Assembly: GCA_964019335.1 (NCBI GenBank) | Contig: OZ025709.1 | Coordinates: 310,001-374,000, forward strand | Length of the DNA stretch: 64,000 nt | Direction of reading: 5' to 3' | From: Diplonema japonicum | Taxonomy: Eukaryota; Protista; Euglenozoa: Diplonemea | In this document: positions 44,201 through 54,243 of the stretch, in pieces | How the letters are laid out: every line of letters starts with the position of its first letter | How positions within the stretch are numbered: position 1 is the first letter of the stretch | Notes under the pieces: model-generated | The model's input: only the letters and a program-made list of their open reading frames with translations | What the model was told of the DNA's origin: nothing | The model's database searches: none | Position numbers and translations under genes: made by a program

Positions 44201-45054
44201 ATGTGCCTTGTTGCGGCTTCGCTCAGGGCTTCTTGGATCCTCTTGGCGAAGGTCGTGACCTGTTTGCATCCGTCCAGCCCTCGAAGCCTCCCGTCTACAA
44301 AGTTCTGGAACGCTTCCCAGTCTGCCTTCCGGTAGTTGTACAACTCAGGCGTGTATGCTCTCCTAGTCGGCCTCAGTAGGGGGACCTCGAATTGAAGGGG
44401 TGTGTGGTCAGAGCCCCAGGAACCCAAGTGGCAAGGCGTCCTGGGTTCCCATTTATCCTTGCTGAGGATCAGGTCAAGGACAGACCTGCTCCCTCCTCTC
44501 GTCCACGTGTGGCGGTCCGGTCTGTTCCATAGCACGAAGTTCTTGTTCTCCATCCATTCCCATACGGTCCAGCCCCTGTCGTTAGCTTTCGCAGCATGGT
44601 CCCAGCTTGAGTGGTGGGCGTTGAAGTCACCGCAGGCGATGTAGTCGTCTTCTTGGGGAAGGTCGGCCAGCTGGAGGGTCTGACCGCCTCTGGGCGGCAG
44701 GTAGAAGTTGCAGATGACCGCTTTGGAACTGTCACACCTGATTTCGACATCGAGCCTTTCCACGTCTTCGGAGACAACACAAACCACCTCGCGAGCCTGA
44801 AGGTCCTTCTTGACCAGGGTGACAAGTCCACCTCCCCTCCCACTGCCAGCCTGGGCGGTTCGGTCCTTCCTGAAGACTTGGTACCCCAGAGCCTGGAATT
44901 CGTCAGCTTGCACCAGCTTCGTTTCCTGAATGGCGATGACGTCCAGTTCCCTCTTTCTCGCTTGGTGAAGCAGCGTCGTCGTTTTGGCACCCCTTATCGA
45001 GTTACAGTTCCACGTGACAACTCGGAGGGGGCGAAGGGACCCCACAGGGCCCAT
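41296..45054 (-). pseudogene. Family B ORF2 (APE-RT-RNase H-CCHC), disrupted
   Basis: TWNCNS, GDFNAHH, GVPQGSVLGP, YADD, YTDGS, YIPSHCGVTGNELAD, CPAC..H..C. One +1 frameshift in the G8 run 43913-43920 and a frameshifting deletion of roughly 65 codons near 42487 relative to family A. Confidence 0.88.
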
Positions 45055-45056
45055 GG

Positions 45057-46466
45057 CTAACACCTTTTGGGGACAGCGACCAGGCGCCGTTTCTTCTTCC
45101 CCGAGGGCGTCTTTGGTGAGCCTGGGGGCTTAGCGCTTGTCTGTTTGGACTCCGACGGGCCCCCCTTCAGCAGTATCGCGAGAACCTGCCTCACGACCTC
45201 CTCCACGAACTCCGCACTGAATTCGGAGGTCGGGTTCTCCCGCTTGGTCCCGGAGGGGGCGCTGCCCTTTGCTTTGCTGCCCGTGGTCTTCTTCTTTCCC
45301 TTCGGGTCGGGTGTGGAGGGTGCGTTCCTGACCACCTCGGCAGCTGTCCTTCCTTTGGTAGGGGGAGTGGTCTGGTGGGCCTCCTGCTGTTCCTTCTTCT
45401 TCTCGGGATGTGCCTTCTCCTTCTTCGGGAGGGTCCGGACAAAGGCCTCCGGGAAGCTGCCTTTAGCGTGGCACCTCAGGAGCCTGTCCCCGTATTGGAA
45501 GATCGGGAACGGCGGGGGCTCTGAGGCGACAACCTGCAGGAACATGACCTTTTTGCCATCAACCCTGGCGTACCTCCTGCCCACCACCCTGGCATTCCAG
45601 CCCATGTCCTTCGGGATCACGTCCGCTTCCTCCTGGTAGACGTGGCCGGGGACACCCTCCAAGACGTACTTCTGGGACATCGTCACATCGATGTCGCATG
45701 AAGCGAGTGCCTCTTGGAGTTCGGCTGTGTCACCGGAGGCGCACCTGATCGCCCACCCTCCCTTGACCGACATGACACCTAGGGCGGGTCCACCAGCCTT
45801 GAGCGCCATCTGGAACGCCTCGCCGATGGTGGATGCCGGAACAGGTACCGCCTCGGTCGGAAGCGTGTGCCTTGGGACCTCGATCAGGTAGCCATCCCCA
45901 GACTTGCGGAGGAGTGCGTGGAGGCTGGTCGTCCGCACCCTCATGCCGACCTTGTGCGAGAGGGTGTTGGGGCCCCTTCTGCTCAGAGGTACAGGGGCGT
46001 CTCGGCTGGGGAACACGGCTGTTTCCTTCAGGCCTGTTTCGACCTTCCTCCCGTGAGCGAGAGCCGTCTTCCTCGCCTCGTCCATTGAGTCAGCCTTGAC
46101 CCTCATGTAGAGGACGGCCTCGGTGGCTGCTGTCGCTTGTACCGCCTTTGGGGCTGCATACTTCGGGGGGGAGGAACCGTTGCCTGTCAGTTCGACAAGG
46201 TGCAGGGTTTTGATACCTTGCTTTGTGAACAAGGTGGCGGACGACGACCCGGCGAAGGCCTTCATGGAGAGCACGGTCCAAGACCCGTGTGCGGCGGTGT
46301 GGTATTTGAGGAAGACCTCGGGATTCGTCGTGAGGATGACGCCTCGGGTTTTGCCCTCCGTCTTCGACGGGTGGACCACTTCTCCGTCCCAGTGCTCAGG
46401 AACCAGCGTGATTCGCTTCTCCCAGGAGGCTGTAGCCTGGGGTACCTCGTCAGTGCTCGTAGGCAC
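45057..46466 (-). CDS. Family B ORF1, N-terminally incomplete
   Basis: LVPEHWD, HKVGMRVRTTSLHALLRKSGDG, KYVLEGVP align with A ORF1 LVPDTWD, HEVGLRLQAAHVHAVLRRSGDG, KFLLTGAP; no ATG start. Confidence 0.75.
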   Translation of the reverse strand: MPTSTDEVPQATASWEKRITLVPEHWDGEVVHPSKTEGKTRGVILTTNPEVFLKYHTAAHGSWTVLSMKAFAGSSSATLFTKQGIKTLHLVELTGNGSSPPKYAAPKAVQATAATEAVLYMRVKADSMDEARKTALAHGRKVETGLKETAVFPSRDAPVPLSRRGPNTLSHKVGMRVRTTSLHALLRKSGDGYLIEVPRHTLPTEAVPVPASTIGEAFQMALKAGGPALGVMSVKGGWAIRCASGDTAELQEALASCDIDVTMSQKYVLEGVPGHVYQEEADVIPKDMGWNARVVGRRYARVDGKKVMFLQVVASEPPPFPIFQYGDRLLRCHAKGSFPEAFVRTLPKKEKAHPEKKKEQQEAHQTTPPTKGRTAAEVVRNAPSTPDPKGKKKTTGSKAKGSAPSGTKRENPTSEFSAEFVEEVVRQVLAILLKGGPSESKQTSAKPPGSPKTPSGKKKRRLVAVPKRC

Positions 46467-46562
46467 ACCGGCACGGAGGCATCCCCTTCAGCTGGTTTTG
46501 TTGGGCTGTGGAGCCTTTGGAAAATAAAAATGTAAGGAAAACATAACCAGGCTAACCCGGGC

Positions 46563-46726
46563 TTTTTTTTTTTTTTTTTTTTTTTTCAAAATACCAATAG
46601 GTGCCATGGGGGAGCAACACCTGGGAAGGGGAAAGGTGAAGGGAAGCATGGAAATATTACAGGGAGGGCGAAGACCAGTTCTTCTGCAATCAGATGGAGC
46701 TGTGGACTCCGCCAACCCGTGCCCTA
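46563..46726 (-). mobile_element. Short 3'-terminal fragment of a diverged family-A-like element (C)
   Basis: T24 + CAAAATACCAAT...GGAGCAACACCTG...CCAACCCGTGC, similar to the A 3' end; flanked by CCCGGGC (46556-46562) and CACGTCCCGGGC (46727-46738). Confidence 0.85.
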
Positions 46727-47013
46727 CACGTCCCGGGCAGCCGCGTAACTGGCGAATGTCGATGCACGTACGGTGGTAGCAATAAATAAATACTAAAAAG
46801 GAAAAAAAAAAACCAACTCCAATCCAATCAAACTTAAAGTTACCTTCTTTTTTTTTTTTTTTTTTTCCACTTCCTTTTCGACTTGCTAAGGCCGTACCCA
46901 CTAGGTGGGTTGGAAGTGTCTCGAGACGCTCACTCGGTTGCCCGAGTACTCATGACCGTGCTGGTGTTCTCTACCCACAAGCTTTGCTGGTTGTTTGGCA
47001 TTTTTTTTCTAAG

Positions 47014-47049
<36 letters not shown>

Positions 47050-47065
47050 CTAGATCCCTATTAAA

Positions 47066-50000
47066 TCATTTTTCTGCATTGTAGAGTCCGCTGACAGACT
47101 GGTCGCTGTCGACATAGAACTCATCCATTGACCCGTTCTCTGCTGAAGTTTTAAGGGGAACGTCGTCCATGATTTCAATGCCAGGGAGGCCTGCGAACTC
47201 AGGATGGAAGCGAGTGATCTCGAGGTTAGCTAGGAGGCTGGCGTCTTCTTCTGTCTTGCACTTTTGGGCGAAGCTTCCGTCGAAGATGGGCCAGTCATCG
47301 TCCTCATTGCCGTCTGACCAGGCGTAGTCCCCAAGGTAGTTGTGGCGCAGGCATTGTCGAACCGAAGGGCGCTCGTTCGGGTTCCAAGTCAGCATGTCTT
47401 TAAGCAGACTCAGAGCATCAGGAACCGCTTCAGGGAATTTCTCTTGGAGGAGAGCGGGCTCACGCGGTGTTTGTTTTCGCAGCCACTCGCGAGGAACTTT
47501 TGCGACAACCCAGGCATCAGTGGTCCCCGGCGTGTGCCCAACAAAGTCCAATAGCATATTAATCTGCTCCTTCGTGCCCTGCCCTGCCCCTCTCTGCTGC
47601 CATCTGCTCGGGAACAATATTTGCTCGTTCCGTTTCACTACACCGTTCCCAGCTGTCAGCATCTCTGCCATGATACACCCCAGCGACCACACATCCACCA
47701 CCATGCCATATCTCTCCCCAAGCAACACTTCCGGCGCCCGATACCACCTCGTCACAACGTAGTTTGTCAACTCGTCTGATACTGACTGAGGCACGTCTCG
47801 TCCTAAACCAAAATCCGCCAGTTTTACTGTCCCGTCACCGTCAATAAGGATGTTTGATGGCTTCAGATCACGGTGCATCACTCCTGCACTGTGCATTGCA
47901 AACAAACCAGAGAGCTGTGGAAGGAGTGGGGAAAAAAATGGTCGTGACAGGGCTCGAACCTGGGACCGTTGGCTTATTAGACCAATGCTCTACCGACTGA
48001 GCTACACGACCTTGCAGGAAAAACCGCGGTATATTTTGAGTTAAAAGCGAGTACATGAAAAAAAAAACAGACCTTGGCAACTTTGCCTTGGCCCTTGGCA
48101 CCAGTTTAGCTTCTGAAGCCACAACAGAGCACCATTTCAAAGTGGTTGCTAAAACCCTGCACAAATCAAGATGTAGACTTGATACAAAGGTTGTTAATGC
48201 TTGCCTCATAGCCGTGCAAAACGGGCAGAGCATCGTAGAGTTAAGGAAAGTGAGAGAGATCTGTTTACACAGACTTAGATTCCTTTACACTACTTTTCCC
48301 ATCACTCATATTTCCCCTCCCCTTTTTTTATTTCCTCGTTCCCTTGTATATCTTTAATTCTCGTTTACTAACTAAAAGAAGTTTCACAGGAGCTAGGAAG
48401 AAGAAAAACGGGGAAATACAAAATGTGTCAAGGTACACCGTTGTGGGCACTTGAGGTTGGTTGTGGGCGCTTGAGGTTGGTTAGGTTATTCAAGTTTCAT
48501 CGAAGCTTTCATCAACAAGACTAAACAAATATTAAACAGGTCGAAAGGAGGTGCAGTTATGCAAAAAAAAAAAAAAGAAAAAAAAAAAAAAAAAAAAAAA
48601 AACTAAAGGGCCCCCCCGAATAATCCCTTTATTTGGGCAGTGGAGGGGGTGTTAGGGCTCCAAAAAAAAAAGAATTATTTGGAATACACTTATTTAGGTT
48701 GTACTTATTTGGGCTGGGGAGCCTGCCACATGGAAAGCAGGGAGCGGGGCTTAGAGCACTTCGGAAATCTTAACATGCCAAATCGTGCCAAGACTTTTTT
48801 CATGCTTTTTTTTTCCAAGGGAAATTTTAACAGTTTTTCTCCCAGGCTGTGGAGAACCCACAAACGTTGCAGACAAAACGCCTGGTTTTGGCGTTAGGTG
48901 GTTGCTGGGAGGTTGCGGGGGTCTGAGAAAGAGGCTTGAGAATCTGTCAGGGCTTGAGAAGCTGCAAGGGCTTGGGAGGCTGCTGGAGTCTCGTCAGGTG
49001 TAGTGTCCATTGTAACACCCGCAACAACGTTCTGTGCTGCACTGTCTAAACTTCGCTAAGTGCCCTTAGCTGTATGGTCTCCTCGGAACTACCTGGAAGG
49101 TAGCCGCGAGACCCGCATATAGCATAGTAAAGGTGTCGAGCAGTTGCATGACCTTTCTCATGTGCTTGCCCTACCCACAGTGCCACGTTGACTCGGCACT
49201 CTGCTGCAGTCATCAACGTCCCGCCTCGGCTGCTTGGGGCATGCCACAGCCCCCCTTAACCCCTCAAAATGGCGAGAAGCAGCCTCACAATACGTACTTT
49301 TCCTTTTCAATCGATTGTTATATTTGTACTAATAAAATATAGCTCGCACTCGACGACACTGATCAAGCGACTGGCACCTTCCGAAGAAGGGCCTCCCACG
49401 TCCGCCGGCATATTATTTACCGGAAACCCCCTATTACTTCACGGAAAACAGGCCATTATTTCACCGTGAAGTAATGAGATTTAGCGTGAAGTAATAGGCC
49501 CCCCAGTGCGCGAAGTAATTTCTGAAGAGTGAAATAAATAAAATTACGTATTCATGAATTAAAGTGGACTTTACTCTTTCCCTTCGCTGATAATCTGTCC
49601 CTCGGAAAATAAAGTCCACTTTATTTTTCATAAATCAATAGTTATTATTTCACTCTTCGTCATTTTCTTCACTCTACTGGGGGCCTCATAATTTAACGCG
49701 AAATCGCCATAATTTAACTAGTGGGGCTTCAGAGTGAAAAAATAGGTCTTGCCCCCTTGAAAAATTTTTTGGGGACGGGGTATTTTGACTATTTTTGGCC
49801 ATCTGAGGCCATTCCAGCCCTTAAAAGTGGGAATAAGTGCTTTACTTCCCCTTAAAATGCCACGGCGAAATAGCTACCCTGTATTACCTTAGGAAAATCC
49901 CCAAAAAGCTGACCTGCGTGAAAAAAAGCAGCAGTGAAAGCAGTGAAGAGTGAGTGACTCAAATGACGAAGAGTGAAATAAAACGACCCCGGCGGTAAGA

Positions 50001-50723
50001 AGTGGCCAGCGCAAAAGATTATTTTTTTTCAAATCGTCTATATGTAGACGCTCGTTGGTAGATGGTTCAGTAAATCGCGGAACCAATTATAGTATGAAGA
50101 AAAATACACGAGAAGGAGATACAAAAAAAGTTGTCATTCGAGCAAGTTTTGTGCAAGGGAGGCCGCGATATATTTTGATTTTAAATGCGATTAGTTCGCT
50201 TATTGTTACTTGTGCAGGAGAGCCGAGGAGATAGACAACCAATAAACACAGACCCCCTTTCCCCCCCCTTAACATACCATTGAGTAGATCATGGACAGGC
50301 AGTTGTCCTCTGTAAAGTGCTTGGGGCACTTAGAGAGCAGGGTATGCAGATCTGTTTTGATGTACTGTGACACCAAGTAAAGCGCATTGTAGGTGCAGCT
50401 AGTGGGCGTCACGAGGTCCTGCAGGTTCAAGAGATTGTCATGCATGTGAAAGTGGATCATGAGCCGGACTTCCCTGAGAAGCTGTGTGCAGTAAGTTGGG
50501 TTCTCTGTGTGCATACCCTTTTTGAATAGTCCACACCGTGTGTGGAGGGGTTCCAGCTCACTTTTTTTATCGCCATGTGGTTCCCTGTCCTCGTGTCGGT
50601 TGCCCTGCAAACATGTCCGTAGCTCCCGCTTGCGATCGCGACCAGGTCGGTGTAGTACACGGGGAGCTTGTACTCCACACCCGCCACCGTGGTGGTGTAC
50701 TGCTGGTTAGTGATCACCGCCAT
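47066..50723 (-). CDS. Mitogen-activated protein kinase (TNY activation loop); introns 50482-50516 and 47915-50277
   Basis: Exon 1 IASGSYGHVC..MAIKK..SKR| exon 2 LLREVRLM...MIYSM| exon 3 LSGLFAMHSAGVMHRDLKPSN..DFGLGR..TNYVVTRWYRAPE; both junctions GT-AG and in frame. Confidence 0.9.
47939..48011 (-). tRNA. tRNA-Ile(AAT), inside MAPK intron 2
   Basis: GGTCGTG/CACGACC acceptor, TTGGT-CT-AAT-AA-GCCAA anticodon arm, GGTTCGAGCCC, T7 terminator. Confidence 0.95.
49407..49987. mobile_element. Modular inverted-repeat/hairpin element, copy 1 (in MAPK intron)
   Basis: 49407-49537 is the reverse complement of 54244-54374; 49643-49987 is a near-identical direct copy of 54917-55310, bounded by TTATTTCACTCTTCGTCATTT inverted repeats. 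Confidence 0.75.
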
Positions 50724-50790
50724 ATCACGTCTTGCCTTGTGATGCTGTGATGTAGTAACTAACAGAGAAAAGGATAAGAACACTTTAAAA

Positions 50791-51464
50791 CTATGAAGAC
50801 CTCCTCCTTCGGCGTCGCTCCCTTTCCCTTTCCCTATCCCTATCCCTATCCCTATCCCTATCCCTATCCCTATCCCTATCCCTATCCCTATCCCTATCTC
50901 TGTTTCTGTCTCTGTCCCTATCTCTGTCTCTATCCCTGTCCCTATCCCTATCTCTGTTTCTGTCCCTGTCTCTGTCCCTATCTCTGTTCCTGTCTCTATC
51001 CCTGCCTCCATCTCTTTCCCTGTCCCTGTATTTACCCCTGTCGCTTCTGACCTCCCTCTCTTCCTTGTTGGTTTCTTCTTTTTTCAGCTTCTTAGGGACC
51101 CCTCCGTTCTCCTGGGCGTCGAGCAGCAAGTTCCTGTGTTCGGTGTTCTGGTGACAAGGGGGGCATACCATAGCTCAGAACAGAGCTTCGCTGCCGGTGC
51201 CTTGCCCATGAAGGCGGTGGCGATCATTTGGATGTGGTAGGGGTCCGGACGCTCAGTCGTCTCGAGGTAGTTGTACACGGTTGCGGCCTCGATCTCACAC
51301 TCGGTTTTGAGTGCCTTGGTGATGGCCTCCTCGAGCCAGTCGGAGATGCTCTCCAGCTTCACTTTGAAGATGAGCACCTTCTGCTTGTAGTGTTCGGGGA
51401 AGGAAAGCGTCGCTTTGAGCTTTTTATAGCTCCTTGCGTCACCCGCAAAGGAGGTGGTTGCCAT
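50791..51464 (-). CDS. PWI-domain splicing factor (SRRM1/SRm160-like) with RD dipeptide tail; intron 51134-51168
   Basis: LSFPEHYKQKV..KVKLESISDWL...PDPYHIQ...LCSELW|NLLLDAQEN; (RD)n repeat at 50820-51030. Confidence 0.82.
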
Positions 51465-51805
51465 TTTGGGTACTTCCTTCTGTGGGGGTGGGGGTATGAA
51501 GGCGTCCAGATGCTGATAAGGAATCAGCCAAGTTGTCCCACCCCCTCGTTGTTGTGCTTTTTTTTTGAAGCAGCAAACACCAACATGTAATCTGGTGAGA
51601 CAAGCAACCGTATTAATTGCCTGCGTTGAAGAAAGTCAAAAGTTGCGAAAATGGCGAACTGTCTTGCCTCCTGGGTGGCAATCTCTTGGGTACATTCCAA
51701 CTTAACTAAACACCCCTTCAGCTTGTGCCGCTTCCCATCTGACGTAAGCACTTTTGAAGGTTCAGTGCACATCAAGTATACTAGATTTGAGCTGCCTGGT
51801 GTTCG

Positions 51806-51836
<31 letters not shown>

Positions 51837-52054
51837 ACCCCCTTGGGGGTACTGGACTCTGGACGTGAACTTGGAAATAGTCGTGAGGGCAGAAGAAAGA
51901 AAAAAAAAGAAAAAAAAAAGGGAAGAAGAAAAAAAAAAAAAAAAAAAAAAAAACAAACTCGATAAAATTTCAGTGCGCATGGGGAGTGCTCACTGTGAAT
52001 GAGAAGAAAGAAAAACGAGGTCTACTGACCATTGGGATAAAAAAAAAAAAAAAA

Positions 52055-52090
52055 TCACTATGATAGGAACGAAGTGGTTAGCAACGGCCC
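52055..52090 (-). repeat. 36-bp copy of the 3' terminus of the LINE at 61155-64000
   Basis: TCACTATGATA(G/A)GAACGAAGTGGTTAGCAACGGCCC at 52055 and 61155, one mismatch. Confidence 0.85.
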
Positions 52091-52168
52091 ACCCCTAATA
52101 AATAAAAAGCGAAAAGAAAAAAAAAAATCTAGAATGGAATACATAAGTAAGGGCCCGCTCTTCCCTTT

Positions 52169-52684
52169 CTACGCATCAGCACCCTTGCTAATGGCATCGC
52201 AATTTACCAGAGCTTCCACACACAATATGTAGTCAACCTTTGCTGCGACTCGCATTAGCTTCCACACCTCCTCAGGGTCTGTGAAGTAACCTGCGATGAT
52301 CATGGACGAGATGATCTCGTGGTACTTGGCGTCGGCAGCATCCTTCAAGTCACCCTCAAGGGAGGGCTCGGCTTGGAGGCTGTTGAGAAGATCATCAGTG
52401 GCCTTCCCAGCGTACCCCAGATTGGCAAGCTTCAGGAGGGCGGCCTGCGCCTTACTGAGGACAACCTTTAACGTGCTCAGGTTCTGGAAAGGCATTTCCT
52501 TCACAGTGATGTCATCCTCGATCTCCTTCTCCTCGAATGTCAGCGTGAAGTTATCGCTGCACAAATCCATCTCCGTGGCAACTTTCTTCTTCAAAACCGA
52601 CAGCTTGTCATCACCACCTACCTCAACAGACAGAACGTCGTTTGAAGGAAGGTTCACATACAGCGATATTGTGTTGTCTGCCAT
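52169..52684 (-). CDS. Ubiquitin-like-domain protein with possible ankyrin-like C-terminus
   Basis: ISLYVNLPSNDVLSVEV..DDKLSVLKKKV...LTFEEKEIEDD..V..TLKVV Ubl pattern. Confidence 0.65.
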   Translation of the reverse strand: MADNTISLYVNLPSNDVLSVEVGGDDKLSVLKKKVATEMDLCSDNFTLTFEEKEIEDDITVKEMPFQNLSTLKVVLSKAQAALLKLANLGYAGKATDDLLNSLQAEPSLEGDLKDAADAKYHEIISSMIIAGYFTDPEEVWKLMRVAAKVDYILCVEALVNCDAISKGADA

Positions 52685-52741
52685 TTTTTTCCCCCCCCCT
52701 TTTTTTTTTTTTTTACCGGGAATAAAAAAAAAAAAAAAAAA

Positions 52742-54181
52742 CTAAACGCCAAGATCCATGTAAAGGACGTACGCGGCAACAGCCACAGTGAGGAGAACAG
52801 TGGCAAGGATGATGACAATGTATTTCTCGCTGTCAGGGTGGTCTAGAATGTTGAGTGTTTCTGCAGGGCGTTCAAATCTCTGCGATTTGAACTTTTCCCA
52901 CGTGAAGCCTTCCTCGCTCGGGTACACGGGCAGCGATCCATCCACCGCCTTCGCCTTCAGCTCTTTACTAAGATAGTACACCGCCTCGTCCACCGCCGAT
53001 GCCTCATCAAGCGCTTTCAACCCTTCCACCAGACAACTATGATCAATATAATTAGATGTTATGGCAATGGAATCCTCAAGATTGATCACTTGGTGCAAAG
53101 CACCGGCAGGGACAAATATAACATCACCTGGCTCAGTTATCACCTCATACACATTGAGAAGCCTGGCCATTTTATGCTCCTCAAAATCGGTGTCGAAAAG
53201 GCTTATATTATACGAAAAAGGTGTGCTGTACATGAGAGAAGCCTGCTCAGATCTGACTATCCTCCATTTTTTTCTGCCTTGGAGTTGGTGTAGCCATGCG
53301 TGAGATCCTAGATTATCAACGTGAACGCCCGTTTCTGAGGATTTCGGGCCGATAAACAAGGAGGGCCATTCGTTGCGGTATTTTGAACCGTGGGATGCGA
53401 GCTGCAGGTAGTCGTTTGTGAAATATTTTGGAATTGTAATCCCCTCGAGAACTTCAGGACAGTGCACCGGAAGCGCCCAGTCGTGGAGGTACGCGTCGGA
53501 GTTGGCTAGGTTTTCAACATATGTAGAGAGCGGTACCGTTCCGTTGGGATGGGGTTCCATCCCAGCCCAGTTGTTTTTTTTCTCCCGGTTGTACCTGGAC
53601 GGTGTGACCGGACGGTCACCGCATTTTTCCCGCCAGAAATTTGTGCCCCATTTTCGTTCGGAATTTGTAATGTTGGCATCTTTGAACAGAACTGGAACAC
53701 CTTTTCCAGCATACTCGTCAATAAACTCCTTCACAGGACAATCCATCTTCAACACATCAGGTTTTCGAACCGACATAAATTCTTTTTTGTTTCTAAGTTC
53801 CGGTGAGGAGTCTATCAGCTCGTGAACCACGTTTCTCAATGAGGATGCGTCTGACCACGGGTCACCAAGGAATACCCGACACCCCCAATGTCGAGCATAT
53901 GACACCATCTGGCTTCCTATCCCGTAGGGCCCGGAGGTCATGAAGAGGGAGCAGCCGGGGTGGTCGGCTTTGGAGCCGAACTTGCCATCTGTCGATTGTA
54001 CCTTAGCTACTGCGATGATCCCAGCCGAGCCCAATAAGATCATCATTAAATATGTTTTCCAGCTTCTCTCCCTCCTAGATGGAACAGGGGGCCTCTGATG
54101 CACTGGGCTTCCGTCTGGCTCCGCTTCATTCTCCGAGCTGTCGGGATGTTGGGCGTTGTGCTGCTCTCTGCGTCGGAGCAT
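52742..54181 (-). CDS. JmjC-domain 2-oxoglutarate oxygenase (JMJD4/6/8-like) with two hydrophobic segments
   Basis: LFIGP..SETGVHVD, GRKKW, PGDVIFVPAGALHQVINL..SIAITSNY (H-x-D...H iron ligands); N- and C-terminal TM-like stretches. Confidence 0.88.
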   Translation of the reverse strand: MLRRREQHNAQHPDSSENEAEPDGSPVHQRPPVPSRRERSWKTYLMMILLGSAGIIAVAKVQSTDGKFGSKADHPGCSLFMTSGPYGIGSQMVSYARHWGCRVFLGDPWSDASSLRNVVHELIDSSPELRNKKEFMSVRKPDVLKMDCPVKEFIDEYAGKGVPVLFKDANITNSERKWGTNFWREKCGDRPVTPSRYNREKKNNWAGMEPHPNGTVPLSTYVENLANSDAYLHDWALPVHCPEVLEGITIPKYFTNDYLQLASHGSKYRNEWPSLFIGPKSSETGVHVDNLGSHAWLHQLQGRKKWRIVRSEQASLMYSTPFSYNISLFDTDFEEHKMARLLNVYEVITEPGDVIFVPAGALHQVINLEDSIAITSNYIDHSCLVEGLKALDEASAVDEAVYYLSKELKAKAVDGSLPVYPSEEGFTWEKFKSQRFERPAETLNILDHPDSEKYIVIILATVLLTVAVAAYVLYMDLGV

Positions 54182-54243
54182 AGGAGGGAGAGGGGTACGT
54201 GGAGGAGGGGGATGTGTGTCCTTTTTTTTTCTTTTTTTTTTCT

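Larger units (their letters stand above)
40927..46555 (-). mobile_element. Non-LTR retrotransposon, family B (related to A, degenerate, probably 5'-truncated)
   Basis: T9 tail at 40927-40935, 3'UTR 40936-41295, ORF2 in three pieces, partial ORF1. Confidence 0.88.

Noticed and set aside
48441-48482. Two-copy 20-bp tandem repeat
   Set aside because: Only two units inside an intron; no functional support.
49407-49540. Recurrent GTGAAGTAAT units as a CRISPR-like array
   Set aside because: Short subterminal repeats of a eukaryotic element, with irregular spacing and no cas genes.
50830-50900. (CCCTAT)n array resembling telomeric (CCCTAA)n
   Set aside because: It encodes the Arg-Asp repeat of the PWI protein on the minus strand.
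51524-51980. Possible small spliced gene
   Set aside because: No recognisable motif and no consistent GT-AG model could be built.
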